From a bacterium (GTDB lineage: Bacteria; Patescibacteriota; Minisyncoccia; UBA6257; GWB1-50-10), in NCBI GenBank assembly GCA_021801565.1, contig JAJYXV010000003.1, positions 132,894-196,893 on the forward strand: 64,000 nt of DNA. The letters are read 5' to 3'. The notes beneath the pieces are model-generated. The model saw only the letters and a list, made by a program, of their open reading frames with translations, made no database searches and was not told the DNA's origin. The position numbers were made by a program, and so were the translations under genes. Below are positions 1 to 10,815 of the stretch, in pieces. Every line of letters starts with the position of its first letter. Within the stretch, counting starts at the first letter, position 1.

Positions 1-445
1 CGAGAAAGATCCATTTGGGATCAACTATAATGTGATTCAATCAAAAATTGCAATTGGTTCGGCGGGTTTTTTCGGAAAAGGATTCGGTCTTGGTACGCAA
101 TCGCATCTTCATTTTCTTCCAGAGGCACAAACTGATTTTATTTTTGCCGCATTTGTCGAAGAGTGGGGATTTTTTGGAGGGCTGTGTCTTATTGGAGCAT
201 TTTTCTTCCTTTTATACCGATTTGTGCAAATCGGACTTCGGGTTGGGGATAACTATTCAAAGTTTTTTATACTAGGGGCTGTTATTATCTTTACACTCCA
301 ATTTTTTATAAATATAGGCTCAGATTTGGGACTTATGCCAGTTACTGGTATTACCTTCCCGTTCTTTAGTTATGGAGGATCAAGTCTCTTGACGGCAGGG
401 ATACTTATAAGTATAATTGAGCATATCAAATTTGAATCCCGTTAA
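1..445 (+). CDS. FtsW/RodA/SpoVE-family peptidoglycan glycosyltransferase, C-terminal part (5' end lies outside the window)
   Basis: The reading frame is open from base 2 to the stop at 445. The translation (IGSAGFFGKGFGLG...PEAQTDFIFAAFVEEWGFFGG...GITFPFFSYGGSSLL) matches conserved C-terminal SEDS-family motifs. Confidence 0.75.
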   Translation, partial: EKDPFGINYNVIQSKIAIGSAGFFGKGFGLGTQSHLHFLPEAQTDFIFAAFVEEWGFFGGLCLIGAFFFLLYRFVQIGLRVGDNYSKFFILGAVIIFTLQFFINIGSDLGLMPVTGITFPFFSYGGSSLLTAGILISIIEHIKFESR

Positions 446-480
446 AGAACCGAGGAAGCGCTGTTTTTTGCGCAGTTTAT

Positions 481-506
481 CGTTTTCAAATTTGAAAACG
501 TTTTTC
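481..506 (+). terminator. 20-bp perfect palindrome CGTTTTCAAATTTGAAAACG followed by a T-run, a putative terminator after ftsW/rodA
   Basis: The palindrome and the TTTTTC tract are seen directly. The stem is AT-rich, so this is weak. Confidence 0.3.
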
Positions 507-542
507 AAATGTCTTTGTGATTAAATTTAATTTTTCTTGTAA

Positions 543-1562
543 ATGAATCCTCAACTTAAACAAGAAGGCGCGGTAAATTTTCGTGTGCTTATTTGGCTTT
601 CTATAGTTTTATTTTGCATTATCGTGATTGCATATTTTTTCTATAGTTTGCAGCCAAATAATATTTCAAAAACTGAGCGGGAATTTAAAATTGCAAAAGG
701 GGAAGGACTCCGAGAAATTGGAGCACATCTTTCACAGGAATCTCTCGTGAAGTCGCTTACCATGTTTAAGGTATATGCCTTACTTATTGGAAAGGCTCAG
801 CGATTTCAACCGGGTGCATATATGCTTTCAGATACAATGAGTGTTCCGCAGATTGTGAATGCGCTTACATCAAAAGGAAGAAGCGATGTGCTTGTAACTA
901 TTCCAGAGGGGTCAACACTTGCAGATATTGATTCAATTCTTGCGGATGCAAAGATTACCGAAAAGGGCGCAGTTAAAAATTTTCCAACAAAAAATCTCGC
1001 ATCTGATTATTCGTTTTTGAATAATATTTCTTCTCTTGAAGGATTTCTATTTCCCGATTCATATTATTTTGAGTTGAATTCGTCTCCGGAAAAAGTAGTT
1101 CGGAGAATGCTTGATGTGTTTTCTGAAAAAATGTGGCCGCTTCTTTCTGGAGAAAAAGATTGGTATACGAAGCTTATCCTTTCTTCGTTTCTTGAGAGGG
1201 AAGTTCCTGAATTTGAAGATCGGCAGATTGTTGCGGGAATTCTGTTAAAACGACTTTCTATTAAAATGCCACTGCAAGTTGATGCGACAATCAGTTATGC
1301 GAAATGTGGAGGGCAAATACGCGGATGTAATGATGTATTAGTAACGCGTTCCGATCTTCATATTGCTTCTCCGTATAACACTTACGAACGACTTGGATTG
1401 ACGCCAACGCCGATTTCAAATCCTGGGGAATCAGCTATCCGAGCGGCGCTTTTACCCGAAAAAAGTCAGTATCTCTATTACCTTTCGTCTCCAAAAACAA
1501 AAGAAACACTCTTCTCAAAGACGCTAGAGGAGCACAATATAAAACGCGCAAAATATTTATAA
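543..1562 (+). CDS. mltG: MltG/YceG-like endolytic murein transglycosylase
   Basis: 339 aa with an N-terminal TM helix. The YceG-like core (PGAYMLSDTMSVPQIVNAL ... LSSFLEREVPEFEDRQIVAGILLKRL ... LQVDATISYA) is present. Confidence 0.8.
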   Translation: MNPQLKQEGAVNFRVLIWLSIVLFCIIVIAYFFYSLQPNNISKTEREFKIAKGEGLREIGAHLSQESLVKSLTMFKVYALLIGKAQRFQPGAYMLSDTMSVPQIVNALTSKGRSDVLVTIPEGSTLADIDSILADAKITEKGAVKNFPTKNLASDYSFLNNISSLEGFLFPDSYYFELNSSPEKVVRRMLDVFSEKMWPLLSGEKDWYTKLILSSFLEREVPEFEDRQIVAGILLKRLSIKMPLQVDATISYAKCGGQIRGCNDVLVTRSDLHIASPYNTYERLGLTPTPISNPGESAIRAALLPEKSQYLYYLSSPKTKETLFSKTLEEHNIKRAKYL

Positions 1563-1571
1563 AAAGGTCAT

Positions 1572-4500
1572 ATGGTACAACATTTAAAAACAAAAGTTTT
1601 TTCTTCATATCGCGGCCCGTCACATGAGTCGCCGAATCTCATAGAGATTCAATCAAAGTCGTTTCAGTGGTTCGTCGAAAAAGGACTTCGCGAACTTTTT
1701 GATGAAATTTCTCCAATCAAGGATCACACAGGAGAAGAGCTTGAATTGCATTTCCTTGATTATAAATTTGATCCGCCGAAGTATACAGAGCTTCAAGCAA
1801 AAGAAAAGGATCAAACATATGAAGCAGCTCTTCGGGTAAATTTAAGGCTTATCAATCACCAAACAAAAGAATCTAAAGTGCAGGAGGTATATCTTGGCGA
1901 TTTTCCGATTATGACCGAACGCGGAACATTCATTATTAACGGGGTTGAACGTGTGGTCATTTCCCAGCTCATTCGTTCTCCCGGTGTGTACTTTCTTATG
2001 AATATATTCCGTGGAAGGAAATTGTTTAGCGCAAAAGTAATTCCAAATCGCGGGGTGTGGCTTGAAATTGAAACGGAAGCCGATGGATTCCTCGGAGTAA
2101 AAATCGATCGAAAAAGAAAGGCTCCGGTAACCGAATTGTTGCGTATTTTTGGTATTGAAACTCCAGAAGAAATTTTGAAAACATTCGCGGACGTTGATAC
2201 GGGGAAAATAAAATATATTGAAACAACTCTCAAAAAGGACGAAGCAAAGACAGTTGAGGATTCATATTTGGAAATTTATCGGCGTCTTCGTCCTGGAGAT
2301 CTTGTAACCTCAGAAAGCGCGCACGCAATCATTGAACCGATGTTTTTCCGTTTTGATCGATACGATTTGAGCAAGGTAGGAAGATATAAAATAAACCAGC
2401 GACTTGGATTTACAAAAAAGAATTCGGGGCTTTTAGATCGTGAAGATCTCGTAGATATTGTGAAAGAAGTAATTCGACTGAACAATAATCAATTTGCAAA
2501 ACCTGATGATATCGACCATTTAGGAAATAGAAGAATCCGGGCGGTTGGTGAATTAGTGCAGGCAAGGCTTCGTGTGGGGTTTGCAAGACTGAGGAGGGGA
2601 GTACAAGACAGGATGTCGACGTTTGATAGAAACGGTCTTCAGCCTGTGCAACTTATTAATTATAAATTACTCACTGCAGTGGTACGGGACTTTTTTGCAT
2701 CATCCCAGTTATCTCAATTTATGGATCAGGTGAATCCTCTCGCGGAACTTGAACACAAAAGACGCCTTTCCACAATGGGTCCTGGTGGACTTACGCGGGA
2801 ACGAGCCGGATTTGAAGTTCGCGATGTGCACAGTTCATATTATGGACGTATTTGTCCAATTCAAACTCCGGAAGGTTCAAGTATTGGACTTGTAAGTTAT
2901 CTTTCAAGTTATGCTCGTCTCAATGAGTTTGGGTTTTTAGAGACGCCATATTTTAAAGTTGAAAATAGTACAGTAAAAAACGAGGTGATATGGCTTGATG
3001 CATTCAGTGAACAAAAATATAATATTGCCCAGTCTGATGTAAAACTTGATGACCATAATAAAATTGTTGAAAAAAGAATTCCTGCCCGTATTGGTGGTGT
3101 TGCGGGAATGTGTGAACGAGATGAAGTTCATTTCATTGATGTGTCACCAAATCAATCAGTAAGTATTTCAACATCACTTGTTCCATTTTTGGAACACAAT
3201 GATGCAAACCGTGCACTCATGGCATCAAACATGCAACGACAAGCAGTTCCCCCCATTTATGCGGAAGCCCCACTTGTTGGAACTGGACAAGAAGAACGCG
3301 CTGCGCGCGATTCTGCTCAAATGATTATTTCTGATGTCGATGGTGTAGTGCTTGAAGCAGACGCCGATGCGGTAGTAATAAAAACCGAAACTGGAAAAAA
3401 GACATTTTCACTTTTGAAGTTCAAGCGATCAAACCAATCAACATGTATTTCACAACGTCCAATAGTGGAAGTAGGACAAAAAGTGAAAAAAGGAACAATA
3501 CTTGCCGATGGCCCCGCGACTTCAAATGGAATACTGAGTCTGGGAAGAAATCTGTTAGTTGCATTTGTTCCATGGCAGGGAGGAAATTTCGAAGATGCTA
3601 TTGTTCTTTCTGAAAGAGTAGCAAAAGACGATTTCTTTACTTCCATTCATATTGAAACATGGGTATGTTCTGTACGTGACACAAAACTTGGCCCTGAAAT
3701 GACAACGCCGGATATTCCGAATGTTTCTGAAGATAAGCTGAGAAATCTTGATGAAGAGGGAATTATTCGCATTGGGGCAGAAGTAAGAGAAAATGACATT
3801 CTTGTCGGGAAAATTTCTCCGAAGGGTGAATCAGAACTTACTTCTGAGGAACGATTGTTAAGAGCAATTTTTGGTGAGAAAGCGCGAGATGTGAAAGATA
3901 CTTCGCTTACACTTCCTCATGGAAAACAGGGGAGGGTTATTGGAATTAAAATATTTTCGCGCGACCGAGGAGACAAACTTGAACCAGGAATTATAAAGAA
4001 AATTCAAGTTGAAGTCGCACAACTCAGAAAAATTCGTGCAGGAGATAAACTTGCCGGACGGTATGGAAATAAGGGTGTTATCTCAACCATTCGTCCAGTG
4101 GAAGATATGCCGTATTTGGAGGACGGAACTCCGGTGGATGTGGTGTTAAATCCGTTGGGTGTTGCATCGCGTATGAACCTTGGACAAATCATGGAAACCC
4201 ATCTTGGACTCGCTGCACATACATTAGGATATCGCGCAGTTGTTCCCGGGTTTATTGGCGGAACCGAAGGAAATATACGGGATGAATTAAAAGCCGCGGG
4301 ATTTCCCGAAGAGGGGAAGATAAAACTTTATGACGGACTTACTGGTCAATCATTTCGACAAGCTATTACTGTCGGATACATCTATATTATGAAACTAAAT
4401 CATCTTGTTGAAGATAAAATTCATATGCGTTCAACTGGTCCATATTCATTAATTACTCAGCAGCCGCTCGGAGGAAAGGCACAGCTTGGAGGACAACGAT

Positions 4501-4754
4501 TTGGAGAAATGGAGGTATGGGCACTTGAAGGATATGGCGCCGCGCACACTCTTCAAGAAATGCTTACTATTAAATCTGATGACGTAATGGGACGTTCTGC
4601 TGCGTTTGAATCAATTATTCGTGGTCAAGAAATTAAAAAGCCAAATCTTCCCGCATCGTTTAATGTACTTATTGCCGAATTAAAATCACTCGGATTAAAT
4701 GTGAGGTATGACTATGAAAAAAGTCGGATTGATGACGGAGGAGAAGAGAAATAA
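1572..4754 (+). CDS. rpoB: DNA-directed RNA polymerase beta subunit (short, 1060 aa)
   Basis: RpoB blocks are present throughout: GTFIINGVERVVISQL, GPGGLTRERAGFEVRDVH, NMQRQAVP, GEMEVWALEGYGAAH. Confidence 0.97.
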   Translation: MVQHLKTKVFSSYRGPSHESPNLIEIQSKSFQWFVEKGLRELFDEISPIKDHTGEELELHFLDYKFDPPKYTELQAKEKDQTYEAALRVNLRLINHQTKESKVQEVYLGDFPIMTERGTFIINGVERVVISQLIRSPGVYFLMNIFRGRKLFSAKVIPNRGVWLEIETEADGFLGVKIDRKRKAPVTELLRIFGIETPEEILKTFADVDTGKIKYIETTLKKDEAKTVEDSYLEIYRRLRPGDLVTSESAHAIIEPMFFRFDRYDLSKVGRYKINQRLGFTKKNSGLLDREDLVDIVKEVIRLNNNQFAKPDDIDHLGNRRIRAVGELVQARLRVGFARLRRGVQDRMSTFDRNGLQPVQLINYKLLTAVVRDFFASSQLSQFMDQVNPLAELEHKRRLSTMGPGGLTRERAGFEVRDVHSSYYGRICPIQTPEGSSIGLVSYLSSYARLNEFGFLETPYFKVENSTVKNEVIWLDAFSEQKYNIAQSDVKLDDHNKIVEKRIPARIGGVAGMCERDEVHFIDVSPNQSVSISTSLVPFLEHNDANRALMASNMQRQAVPPIYAEAPLVGTGQEERAARDSAQMIISDVDGVVLEADADAVVIKTETGKKTFSLLKFKRSNQSTCISQRPIVEVGQKVKKGTILADGPATSNGILSLGRNLLVAFVPWQGGNFEDAIVLSERVAKDDFFTSIHIETWVCSVRDTKLGPEMTTPDIPNVSEDKLRNLDEEGIIRIGAEVRENDILVGKISPKGESELTSEERLLRAIFGEKARDVKDTSLTLPHGKQGRVIGIKIFSRDRGDKLEPGIIKKIQVEVAQLRKIRAGDKLAGRYGNKGVISTIRPVEDMPYLEDGTPVDVVLNPLGVASRMNLGQIMETHLGLAAHTLGYRAVVPGFIGGTEGNIRDELKAAGFPEEGKIKLYDGLTGQSFRQAITVGYIYIMKLNHLVEDKIHMRSTGPYSLITQQPLGGKAQLGGQRFGEMEVWALEGYGAAHTLQEMLTIKSDDVMGRSAAFESIIRGQEIKKPNLPASFNVLIAELKSLGLNVRYDYEKSRIDDGGEEK

Positions 4755-4764
4755 ATAAAAAATT

Positions 4765-7700
4765 ATGAACAAAAACGCTGATCTCAAATCAATTTCAATT
4801 GGAGTTGCAAGTCCTGAGGAGGTGCTTTCATGGTCACATGGGGAAGTATTAAAGCCTGAAACATTAAACTATAGAACGCAGAGGCCGGAAAAAGACGGAT
4901 TATTCTCAGAAAGAATTTTTGGTCCCACAAAAGACTATGAATGTTACTGTGGAAAATACAAAAAAATTCGTTATAAGGGAATTGTATGTGAAAAATGCGG
5001 TGTTGAGGTAACACGTGCTGTGGTGCGTCGTGAACGTATGGGGCACATTGCGCTTGCAACCCCAGTGACGCATATTTGGTTTTTACGAAATGTTCCTTCA
5101 AAAATGAGTTTACTTTTGAATATTTCAGTTCCAAAACTCGAAAAAGTAATTTACTATGCCGCATTCATTGTAACAGTGGTAAATGAAGAAAATAAAAAAC
5201 GTACTCTTGAAATTCTTGATAAAGAATTTAAATCGTTGAAACAGGATAAAAATGAAAACGTAAAAGAGTTAAAGGAATCAAAAGAACGGTTGAGAGATGT
5301 GGTGTCCGTGTTAGAACCGGGGCTTATTCTCACTGAATCTGAATATTATACATTAGCCGAAAAATTCGGAGATGTGTTTGAAGCGGATCGAGGGGCGGGT
5401 GCTATCAGAAAAATTTTGGAACAGATTGATTTGAAGGATTTGATGAAGAAATTGAAACATGAGCTTCAATCAGTAAAAGATGCAAATAGAGAAAAACGCG
5501 TGTTGCGTCGTCTCCAACTAGTAAAGTCTCTCTTGAAATCAGGAATTCGTCCAGAATGGATGGTGTTTACCGTACTTCCAGTGCTTCCTCCGGAATTACG
5601 TCCAATGGTAGCTCTTGAAGGAGGAAGATATGCGACTGCCGATTTAAATGATCTTTATCGCAGGGTGATAAATAGAAATAATCGTTTGAAAAAACTTATT
5701 GAATTAAAATCTCCTGAAGTAATTATCACAAATGAAAAAAGAATGCTTCAAGAAGCGGTTGATGCACTCATTGATAATTCCGCGCGCACCGGCGCACAAC
5801 TTCTGTCTTCACGACGGAGACCGCTTCGATCTCTTGCGGATATGTTAAAGGGAAAACAGGGAAGATTCAGACAAAATCTTCTAGGAAAACGAGTCGATTA
5901 TTCTGGTCGTTCAGTAATTGTGGTAGGTCCAGAACTGAGATTAAATGAATGCGGATTGCCGAAAAATCTTGCACTCGAACTTTTCAGACATTTTGTTATT
6001 AATAAAATTATTGAACGGGGGCTTGCGTATAATATTAAGCAGGCAAATCGTTTTATTGAACAACGATCGCCAGAGGTATGGGGAATTCTTGAAGAGGTAA
6101 TTGCTGATAAAAAAGTACTTTTGAACCGTGCGCCGACACTTCATCGTCTCGGTATTCAAGCATTCAAACCACTTCTCATTGAAGATCTTTGCATTAGAAT
6201 TCCTCCTCTTGTCTGCGAAGCGTTTAACGCAGATTTTGATGGAGACCAAATGGCGGTGCATCTTCCGCTTACCGTGGAAGCTCAATATGAGGCGAGTGCG
6301 CTTATGAATGCAGGACATAATCTTTTGAAACCCGCAAACGGAGAGCCGATTACGCGTCCAACGCAAGATGTTGTACTTGGATGTTATTTCTTGACGCGCA
6401 TTATGGAAGGGGTGAAGGGAGAGGGGAAAATATTTTCCGGATTTAATGAAGCAATGCTTGCATATGAACATGGATATCTTGATTTGAATGCAAAGATGAA
6501 GTGTGTTACGAGAGGACAGTTAATAGAGACGACATACGGACGATTGATTTTTAACAACGTACTTCCGGAAGGATTTCGGTTTGTGAATGAGGTACTCACA
6601 AAGAAGACTCTTTCAAAACTTGTAAGTGAAATTATTGATGTGCATGGTATTGAAAATTCACAGGATCATCTGGATGGTATTAAAAATCTTGGGTTTGTAT
6701 ATGCAACGCGTTCGGCAACCACGTGGGCGATGAGTGACACTCTTGTTCCGCAGGATAAACCGCAATTGATCGAGGAGGGAAATAAGCGAGTTGAACTTAT
6801 TGAGTCTCATTATGAAGATGGATTACTTACCGAAGATGAGCGCAGAGAAAAAATTGTTGAGGTGTGGACGAATATTCGTGAACAGATTGCACCGCTTATT
6901 CCAAAGGCAATGAAAGTTGAAAATCCGATTTTTTCTATTTTTGATTCTGGATCCCGTGGAAGTTGGGCGCAGCCGATTCAAATGATGGGAATGAAAGGGT
7001 TGGTGCTTGATGCAAACGGCAAGACAATTGAACTTCCTGTAAAATCTTCGTACAAAGAAGGTCTTGGGGTACTTGAATATTTCATATCAACACATGGTGC
7101 GCGTAAGGGTTCTACCGATACCGCATTAAAAACAGCATCAGCAGGATATCTTACCCGCAGACTTGTCGATGTATCACAAGATTTAATTATTAAAGAAGAT
7201 GATTGTGGAACGAGTGATGGAATTGATGTCATTCGTGCTGAAGGAGATAAATTTGGATATAAATTTGGTGATCGTCTATTTGGGAGAAAAGCAGCACAAG
7301 ATGTCCGCATCGACCGTAAATTGATTGTAAGAGAGGGAGAAATGATTACAAAAGAAATTGCAAAAATAATACAAGAATCGAAATTAGAGTCTATGAAAGT
7401 ACGTTCTCCGATCGCTTGTAAATCGTTTGATGGAATTTGTTCGGCATGTTTTGGCTTGGATTTAAGTAAGAATAAAATTGTTGCACAAGGAGAGGCGGTC
7501 GGTGTCGTTGCAGCTCAATCAATTGGAGAGCCTGGAACACAGCTTACCATGAGAACATTCCATATCGGAGGTGTTGCGGGATTCGATATTACCTACGGAC
7601 TTCCTCGTGTAGAAGAAATATTTGAGGCACGTCCTCCAAAGGGAAAGGCGATGCTTGCGAAAGAAGATGGAGTTGTTGAATTTATTAAAGAAGTAGGACT

Positions 7701-8412
7701 TACAAAAATAATAGAAATAAAAAATTCAAAGAGAACAACATCAAGATCAAAAAAATTAAAAGCAGGAGTAACCGAATATGTAGTTCCTCTGAATGTAAAT
7801 CTTTTTGTTAAAGTTGGTGACCGTGTAGAAAAGGGGCAGCAACTTTCAGAAGGTCCGCTTGATATTCGCGAAATTCTCTTATATAGAGGATTAGAAGAAG
7901 CACAGCGGTACATCGTAAATGAGGTGCAGAAGATTTATGTGCCTGAAGGTGCCTCAATTAACGATAAATACATTGAAATTATTGTACGCCAGATGTTTTC
8001 TCGAGTTGTAGTGAAAGACAGTGGTGATACAGAATTTACTGTTGATGAAGTAGTAGATAAACAGCGATTTCTGCGTATCAATAGAGAGGTAAGACATCTG
8101 AAGAAAAAACCCGCAAAAGCAATTATTCGTATTCTCGGTATTACTCGAGTAGCACTTACTTCGGATAGTTTCTTGTCTGCAGCATCTTTTCAGGAAACAA
8201 GTCGCGTGCTTGTAAATGCATCTGTAGAGGGAAAAACTGATGGACTCCGCGGGTTGAAGGAGAACGTTATTATCGGAAAACTGGTTCCAGTAGGAACTGG
8301 ATTTCGTGGCATTCCCGAAGAGGTATTAGCTATGAAAAAACTTATGTATGCCAACCCAGAAGAAACGAAAGAAGTAGTCGAACAAGGAGAAGAACATAAC
8401 GAGAAAATTTGA
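4765..8412 (+). CDS. rpoC: DNA-directed RNA polymerase beta' subunit
   Basis: A Zn-finger CYCGKYKKIRYKGIVCEKCG is present, together with the catalytic NADFDGDQMAVH motif and the trigger-loop/bridge-helix regions. The gene lies 10 nt after rpoB. Confidence 0.97.
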   Translation: MNKNADLKSISIGVASPEEVLSWSHGEVLKPETLNYRTQRPEKDGLFSERIFGPTKDYECYCGKYKKIRYKGIVCEKCGVEVTRAVVRRERMGHIALATPVTHIWFLRNVPSKMSLLLNISVPKLEKVIYYAAFIVTVVNEENKKRTLEILDKEFKSLKQDKNENVKELKESKERLRDVVSVLEPGLILTESEYYTLAEKFGDVFEADRGAGAIRKILEQIDLKDLMKKLKHELQSVKDANREKRVLRRLQLVKSLLKSGIRPEWMVFTVLPVLPPELRPMVALEGGRYATADLNDLYRRVINRNNRLKKLIELKSPEVIITNEKRMLQEAVDALIDNSARTGAQLLSSRRRPLRSLADMLKGKQGRFRQNLLGKRVDYSGRSVIVVGPELRLNECGLPKNLALELFRHFVINKIIERGLAYNIKQANRFIEQRSPEVWGILEEVIADKKVLLNRAPTLHRLGIQAFKPLLIEDLCIRIPPLVCEAFNADFDGDQMAVHLPLTVEAQYEASALMNAGHNLLKPANGEPITRPTQDVVLGCYFLTRIMEGVKGEGKIFSGFNEAMLAYEHGYLDLNAKMKCVTRGQLIETTYGRLIFNNVLPEGFRFVNEVLTKKTLSKLVSEIIDVHGIENSQDHLDGIKNLGFVYATRSATTWAMSDTLVPQDKPQLIEEGNKRVELIESHYEDGLLTEDERREKIVEVWTNIREQIAPLIPKAMKVENPIFSIFDSGSRGSWAQPIQMMGMKGLVLDANGKTIELPVKSSYKEGLGVLEYFISTHGARKGSTDTALKTASAGYLTRRLVDVSQDLIIKEDDCGTSDGIDVIRAEGDKFGYKFGDRLFGRKAAQDVRIDRKLIVREGEMITKEIAKIIQESKLESMKVRSPIACKSFDGICSACFGLDLSKNKIVAQGEAVGVVAAQSIGEPGTQLTMRTFHIGGVAGFDITYGLPRVEEIFEARPPKGKAMLAKEDGVVEFIKEVGLTKIIEIKNSKRTTSRSKKLKAGVTEYVVPLNVNLFVKVGDRVEKGQQLSEGPLDIREILLYRGLEEAQRYIVNEVQKIYVPEGASINDKYIEIIVRQMFSRVVVKDSGDTEFTVDEVVDKQRFLRINREVRHLKKKPAKAIIRILGITRVALTSDSFLSAASFQETSRVLVNASVEGKTDGLRGLKENVIIGKLVPVGTGFRGIPEEVLAMKKLMYANPEETKEVVEQGEEHNEKI

Positions 8413-8493
8413 TTCCGCATCCCGACTTATTTTATTTATGTGGGTGGGATTGACCGTCTGAGAGATAGCTGATATTGTATATAAGTAATTATT

Positions 8494-8931
8494 ATGGAAG
8501 ATTTTTCAACTATTGAAACACAAAAAATATATGATATTTCCTTCATTCAAAGAAGCGAGAATGTGGGTGTGGTGCGGCAGATTATAGAAAAATACGGAGG
8601 AGTTATATTAAATGAACATCCACTTGTAAAATTAAGACTTTCTTATCCAATTAAGAAAGAAACACAAGGATTTTTGGGTACAATTGAGTGTACGCTTCCA
8701 GCAGAATCAGTTCGTACTGTTTCTTCTGATGTAAAACTTGAGCATGATATTCTTCGTTTTATTGTGAATGTTCAAAACAAAATAAAGGAAGCCGCTCCGC
8801 GATCAAGTGAAGAGGGGGGATTACAACAGAGAAAAAAGAGAACAACCGTTCCACCGAAACCAAAGGGAGGATTTAACACAATACTTTCAAATGAGGCGTT
8901 ACAAGAAAAATTAGAAGAGATTCTTCAGTAA
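8494..8931 (+). CDS. rpsF: ribosomal protein bS6 (with C-terminal extension)
   Basis: YDISFIQRSE...IEKYGGVI...LRLSYPIKKETQGFLGTIE...KLEHDILRFIV aligns to the S6 pattern. The gene is followed by ssb and rpsR, the classic order. Confidence 0.68.
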   Translation: MEDFSTIETQKIYDISFIQRSENVGVVRQIIEKYGGVILNEHPLVKLRLSYPIKKETQGFLGTIECTLPAESVRTVSSDVKLEHDILRFIVNVQNKIKEAAPRSSEEGGLQQRKKRTTVPPKPKGGFNTILSNEALQEKLEEILQ

Positions 8932-8983
8932 TAATAAAAAGAAATTAGATAATAAAGGGTCGAAATATTCCATGCTTTAAAAA

Positions 8984-9445
8984 ATGAATTTAAATAAAGT
9001 TTTTATCTTTGGTAACCTCACTCGTGATCCAGAGCTCCGACAGACTCCGGGAGGACAATCTGTATGTACCTTGGGGGTCGCAACAAACTCTTTTTATGTT
9101 GACAAGTCAGGACAACGCCAACAACGAGCAGAATTCCATAATGTTGTTGTGTGGGGAAAACAAGCAGAAGTTGCTGGTCAATATCTTAAAAAAGGAGGGT
9201 CGGTATTGATAGAGGGAAGATTACAGACACGTTCATGGCAGGATAATCAGGGACAGGCGCGGAAGACAACCGAAATTATATGTGAAAGGATGCAACTTGG
9301 TCCGCGAGGAAGCGGTGCATCACATAAAGAATTCGATCGTGGAAATTTTCCTGATAACGAAGATCAGAGTGCACATATAAAAGAAGAGCTTCCGGAAATT
9401 AATATTGGAGAAGATGAAATAAAAGCAGAGGATATACCTTTTTAA
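8984..9445 (+). CDS. ssb: single-stranded DNA-binding protein
   Basis: An OB-fold N-terminus (NKVFIFGNLTRDPELRQTPGG...FHNVVVWGKQAE...LIEGRLQTRSWQD) is present. The acidic C-terminal tail ends in DIPF. Confidence 0.9.
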   Translation: MNLNKVFIFGNLTRDPELRQTPGGQSVCTLGVATNSFYVDKSGQRQQRAEFHNVVVWGKQAEVAGQYLKKGGSVLIEGRLQTRSWQDNQGQARKTTEIICERMQLGPRGSGASHKEFDRGNFPDNEDQSAHIKEELPEINIGEDEIKAEDIPF

Positions 9446-9529
9446 GTGTGCTGTCGGAAATAAAATTTTGATCCTATTGTACAATAAAAATGGGAATGGA
9501 GAATTGTGTAATTTATATATAACTAGAAT

Positions 9530-9730
9530 ATGCGACAATGTTTTTTTTGTTCACAAAATGTAAAGGAAATTGATTATCGTAATGTTGAGCTTTTGAAACG
9601 GTTTGTTTCGAGCCAGGCAAAGATAATTGATCCGCGACATACCGGAGTATGTGCGAAACATCAACGTCATCTCGCAAACTCGATAAAACGCGCGAGAATC
9701 GCAGGGTTACTTCCATTTGTTCGTCGATAG
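9530..9730 (+). CDS. rpsR: ribosomal protein bS18
   Basis: 66 aa. CFFC...IDYRNVELLKRFVS...GVCAKHQRHLANSIKRAR matches S18. Confidence 0.85.
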   Translation: MRQCFFCSQNVKEIDYRNVELLKRFVSSQAKIIDPRHTGVCAKHQRHLANSIKRARIAGLLPFVRR

Positions 9731-10304
9731 TACATACATTATATTTATGGCATTTGATAGTTTGCTCTTTGGAATTCTTCACAAATTTTTAGGAGTGTCG
9801 GGAATACTCGATGTTCTTATTGTTTTTCTTTCGAAATATCTTCCGTATATTGTGTGTGTTGCGGTTGTAATATTTCTCATACTCCACAAAAATGTTCGGG
9901 AGAAATTTTATATGTTTTTCTTTATTACTCTCTCGCTCATATTTTCTCGAGGAATCATCACGGAGGTAATCCGGTATTTTTATGCAAAGCCAAGGCCATT
10001 TGAATTTTTTGGGTTTCCTTCCCTTATTTCTGAAAGTGGACACGCATTTCCATCTGGACATGCCGCATTTTTCTTTGCACTTGCTTTTGCATTGTGGCTG
10101 TTTGATAAAAAATGGGGGAAATGGATTTTTATATTTGCAATTATAAACGGAGGTGCGCGTGTTGTTGCTGGGGTGCATTGGCCATTCGATATCATCGGAG
10201 GATTTGTTGTCGGAGGAATTTCGGTGTACCTTACCTATCTACTTCTTAGCCCATATAAACCAAAAAAGATAATAATTCAAGAAAGGTTAAATGCGAATGA
10301 ATAG
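9717..10304 (+). CDS. PAP2-family phosphatase (undecaprenyl-diphosphatase-like), polytopic membrane
   Basis: The PAP2 motifs KPRPF, PSGHAAFFFALA and HWPFDIIGG are present. Confidence 0.75.
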   Translation: MFVDSTYIIFMAFDSLLFGILHKFLGVSGILDVLIVFLSKYLPYIVCVAVVIFLILHKNVREKFYMFFFITLSLIFSRGIITEVIRYFYAKPRPFEFFGFPSLISESGHAFPSGHAAFFFALAFALWLFDKKWGKWIFIFAIINGGARVVAGVHWPFDIIGGFVVGGISVYLTYLLLSPYKPKKIIIQERLNANE

Positions 10305-10731
10305 ATTTATGCCATTGTGGATATTATTTTCAATTTTTTCGGCGGTGTTTGCCGCATTGGTGGCAATCTTAGGAAAGATTGGGATTGCGAACATTGATAC
10401 AACGCTTGCAACAACGGTTCGCGCAGTGGTAATGGCTCTTTTTCTTGTTTTTGTTTCTCTCGCGCTTGGAAAAGGGAGTTTTCTTTCTGCTATAGGAAGC
10501 AAACCCCTTCTCTTTATTGTACTTTCCGGGATTGCTGGAGCACTTTCGTGGCTTTTTTATTTTTTTGCCTTAAAAATAGGACCCGCTTCTGCAGTTGCCG
10601 CACTCGACCGGTTGAGTGTCGTATTTGTCCTTATTTTTGCACTTCTGTTCTTGGGAGAACAATTCACATTAAAATCAGGACTTGGAGCACTTTTTGTGAC
10701 TATAGGTGCAATACTTATGGTATTAAAATAA
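10291..10731 (+). CDS. small EamA/DMT-family membrane transporter (single EamA domain, 4 TM)
   Basis: 146 aa with four predicted TM helices and an EamA-like hydrophobic pattern. The start may be the downstream Met at 10309. Confidence 0.55.
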   Translation: MRMNRFMPLWILFSIFSAVFAALVAILGKIGIANIDTTLATTVRAVVMALFLVFVSLALGKGSFLSAIGSKPLLFIVLSGIAGALSWLFYFFALKIGPASAVAALDRLSVVFVLIFALLFLGEQFTLKSGLGALFVTIGAILMVLK

Positions 10732-10815
10732 TCCATTATTGCAGAATTTTTTTTGTGTGATATATTCGGTACATACCGTAATAAGGTCGTACGGTATTTT
10801 GAAAAATAATTTGTT

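Noticed and set aside
1856-2485. Antisense ORFs inside rpoB (1856-2233, 2026-2226, 2276-2485 minus strand). Similar antisense ORFs sit inside rpoC (5941-6471, 6978-7310, 7593-7913) and fusA (21734-21937, 22350-22754).
   Set aside because: They lie entirely within strongly supported essential genes on the opposite strand and have low-complexity translations. They are typical spurious frames.
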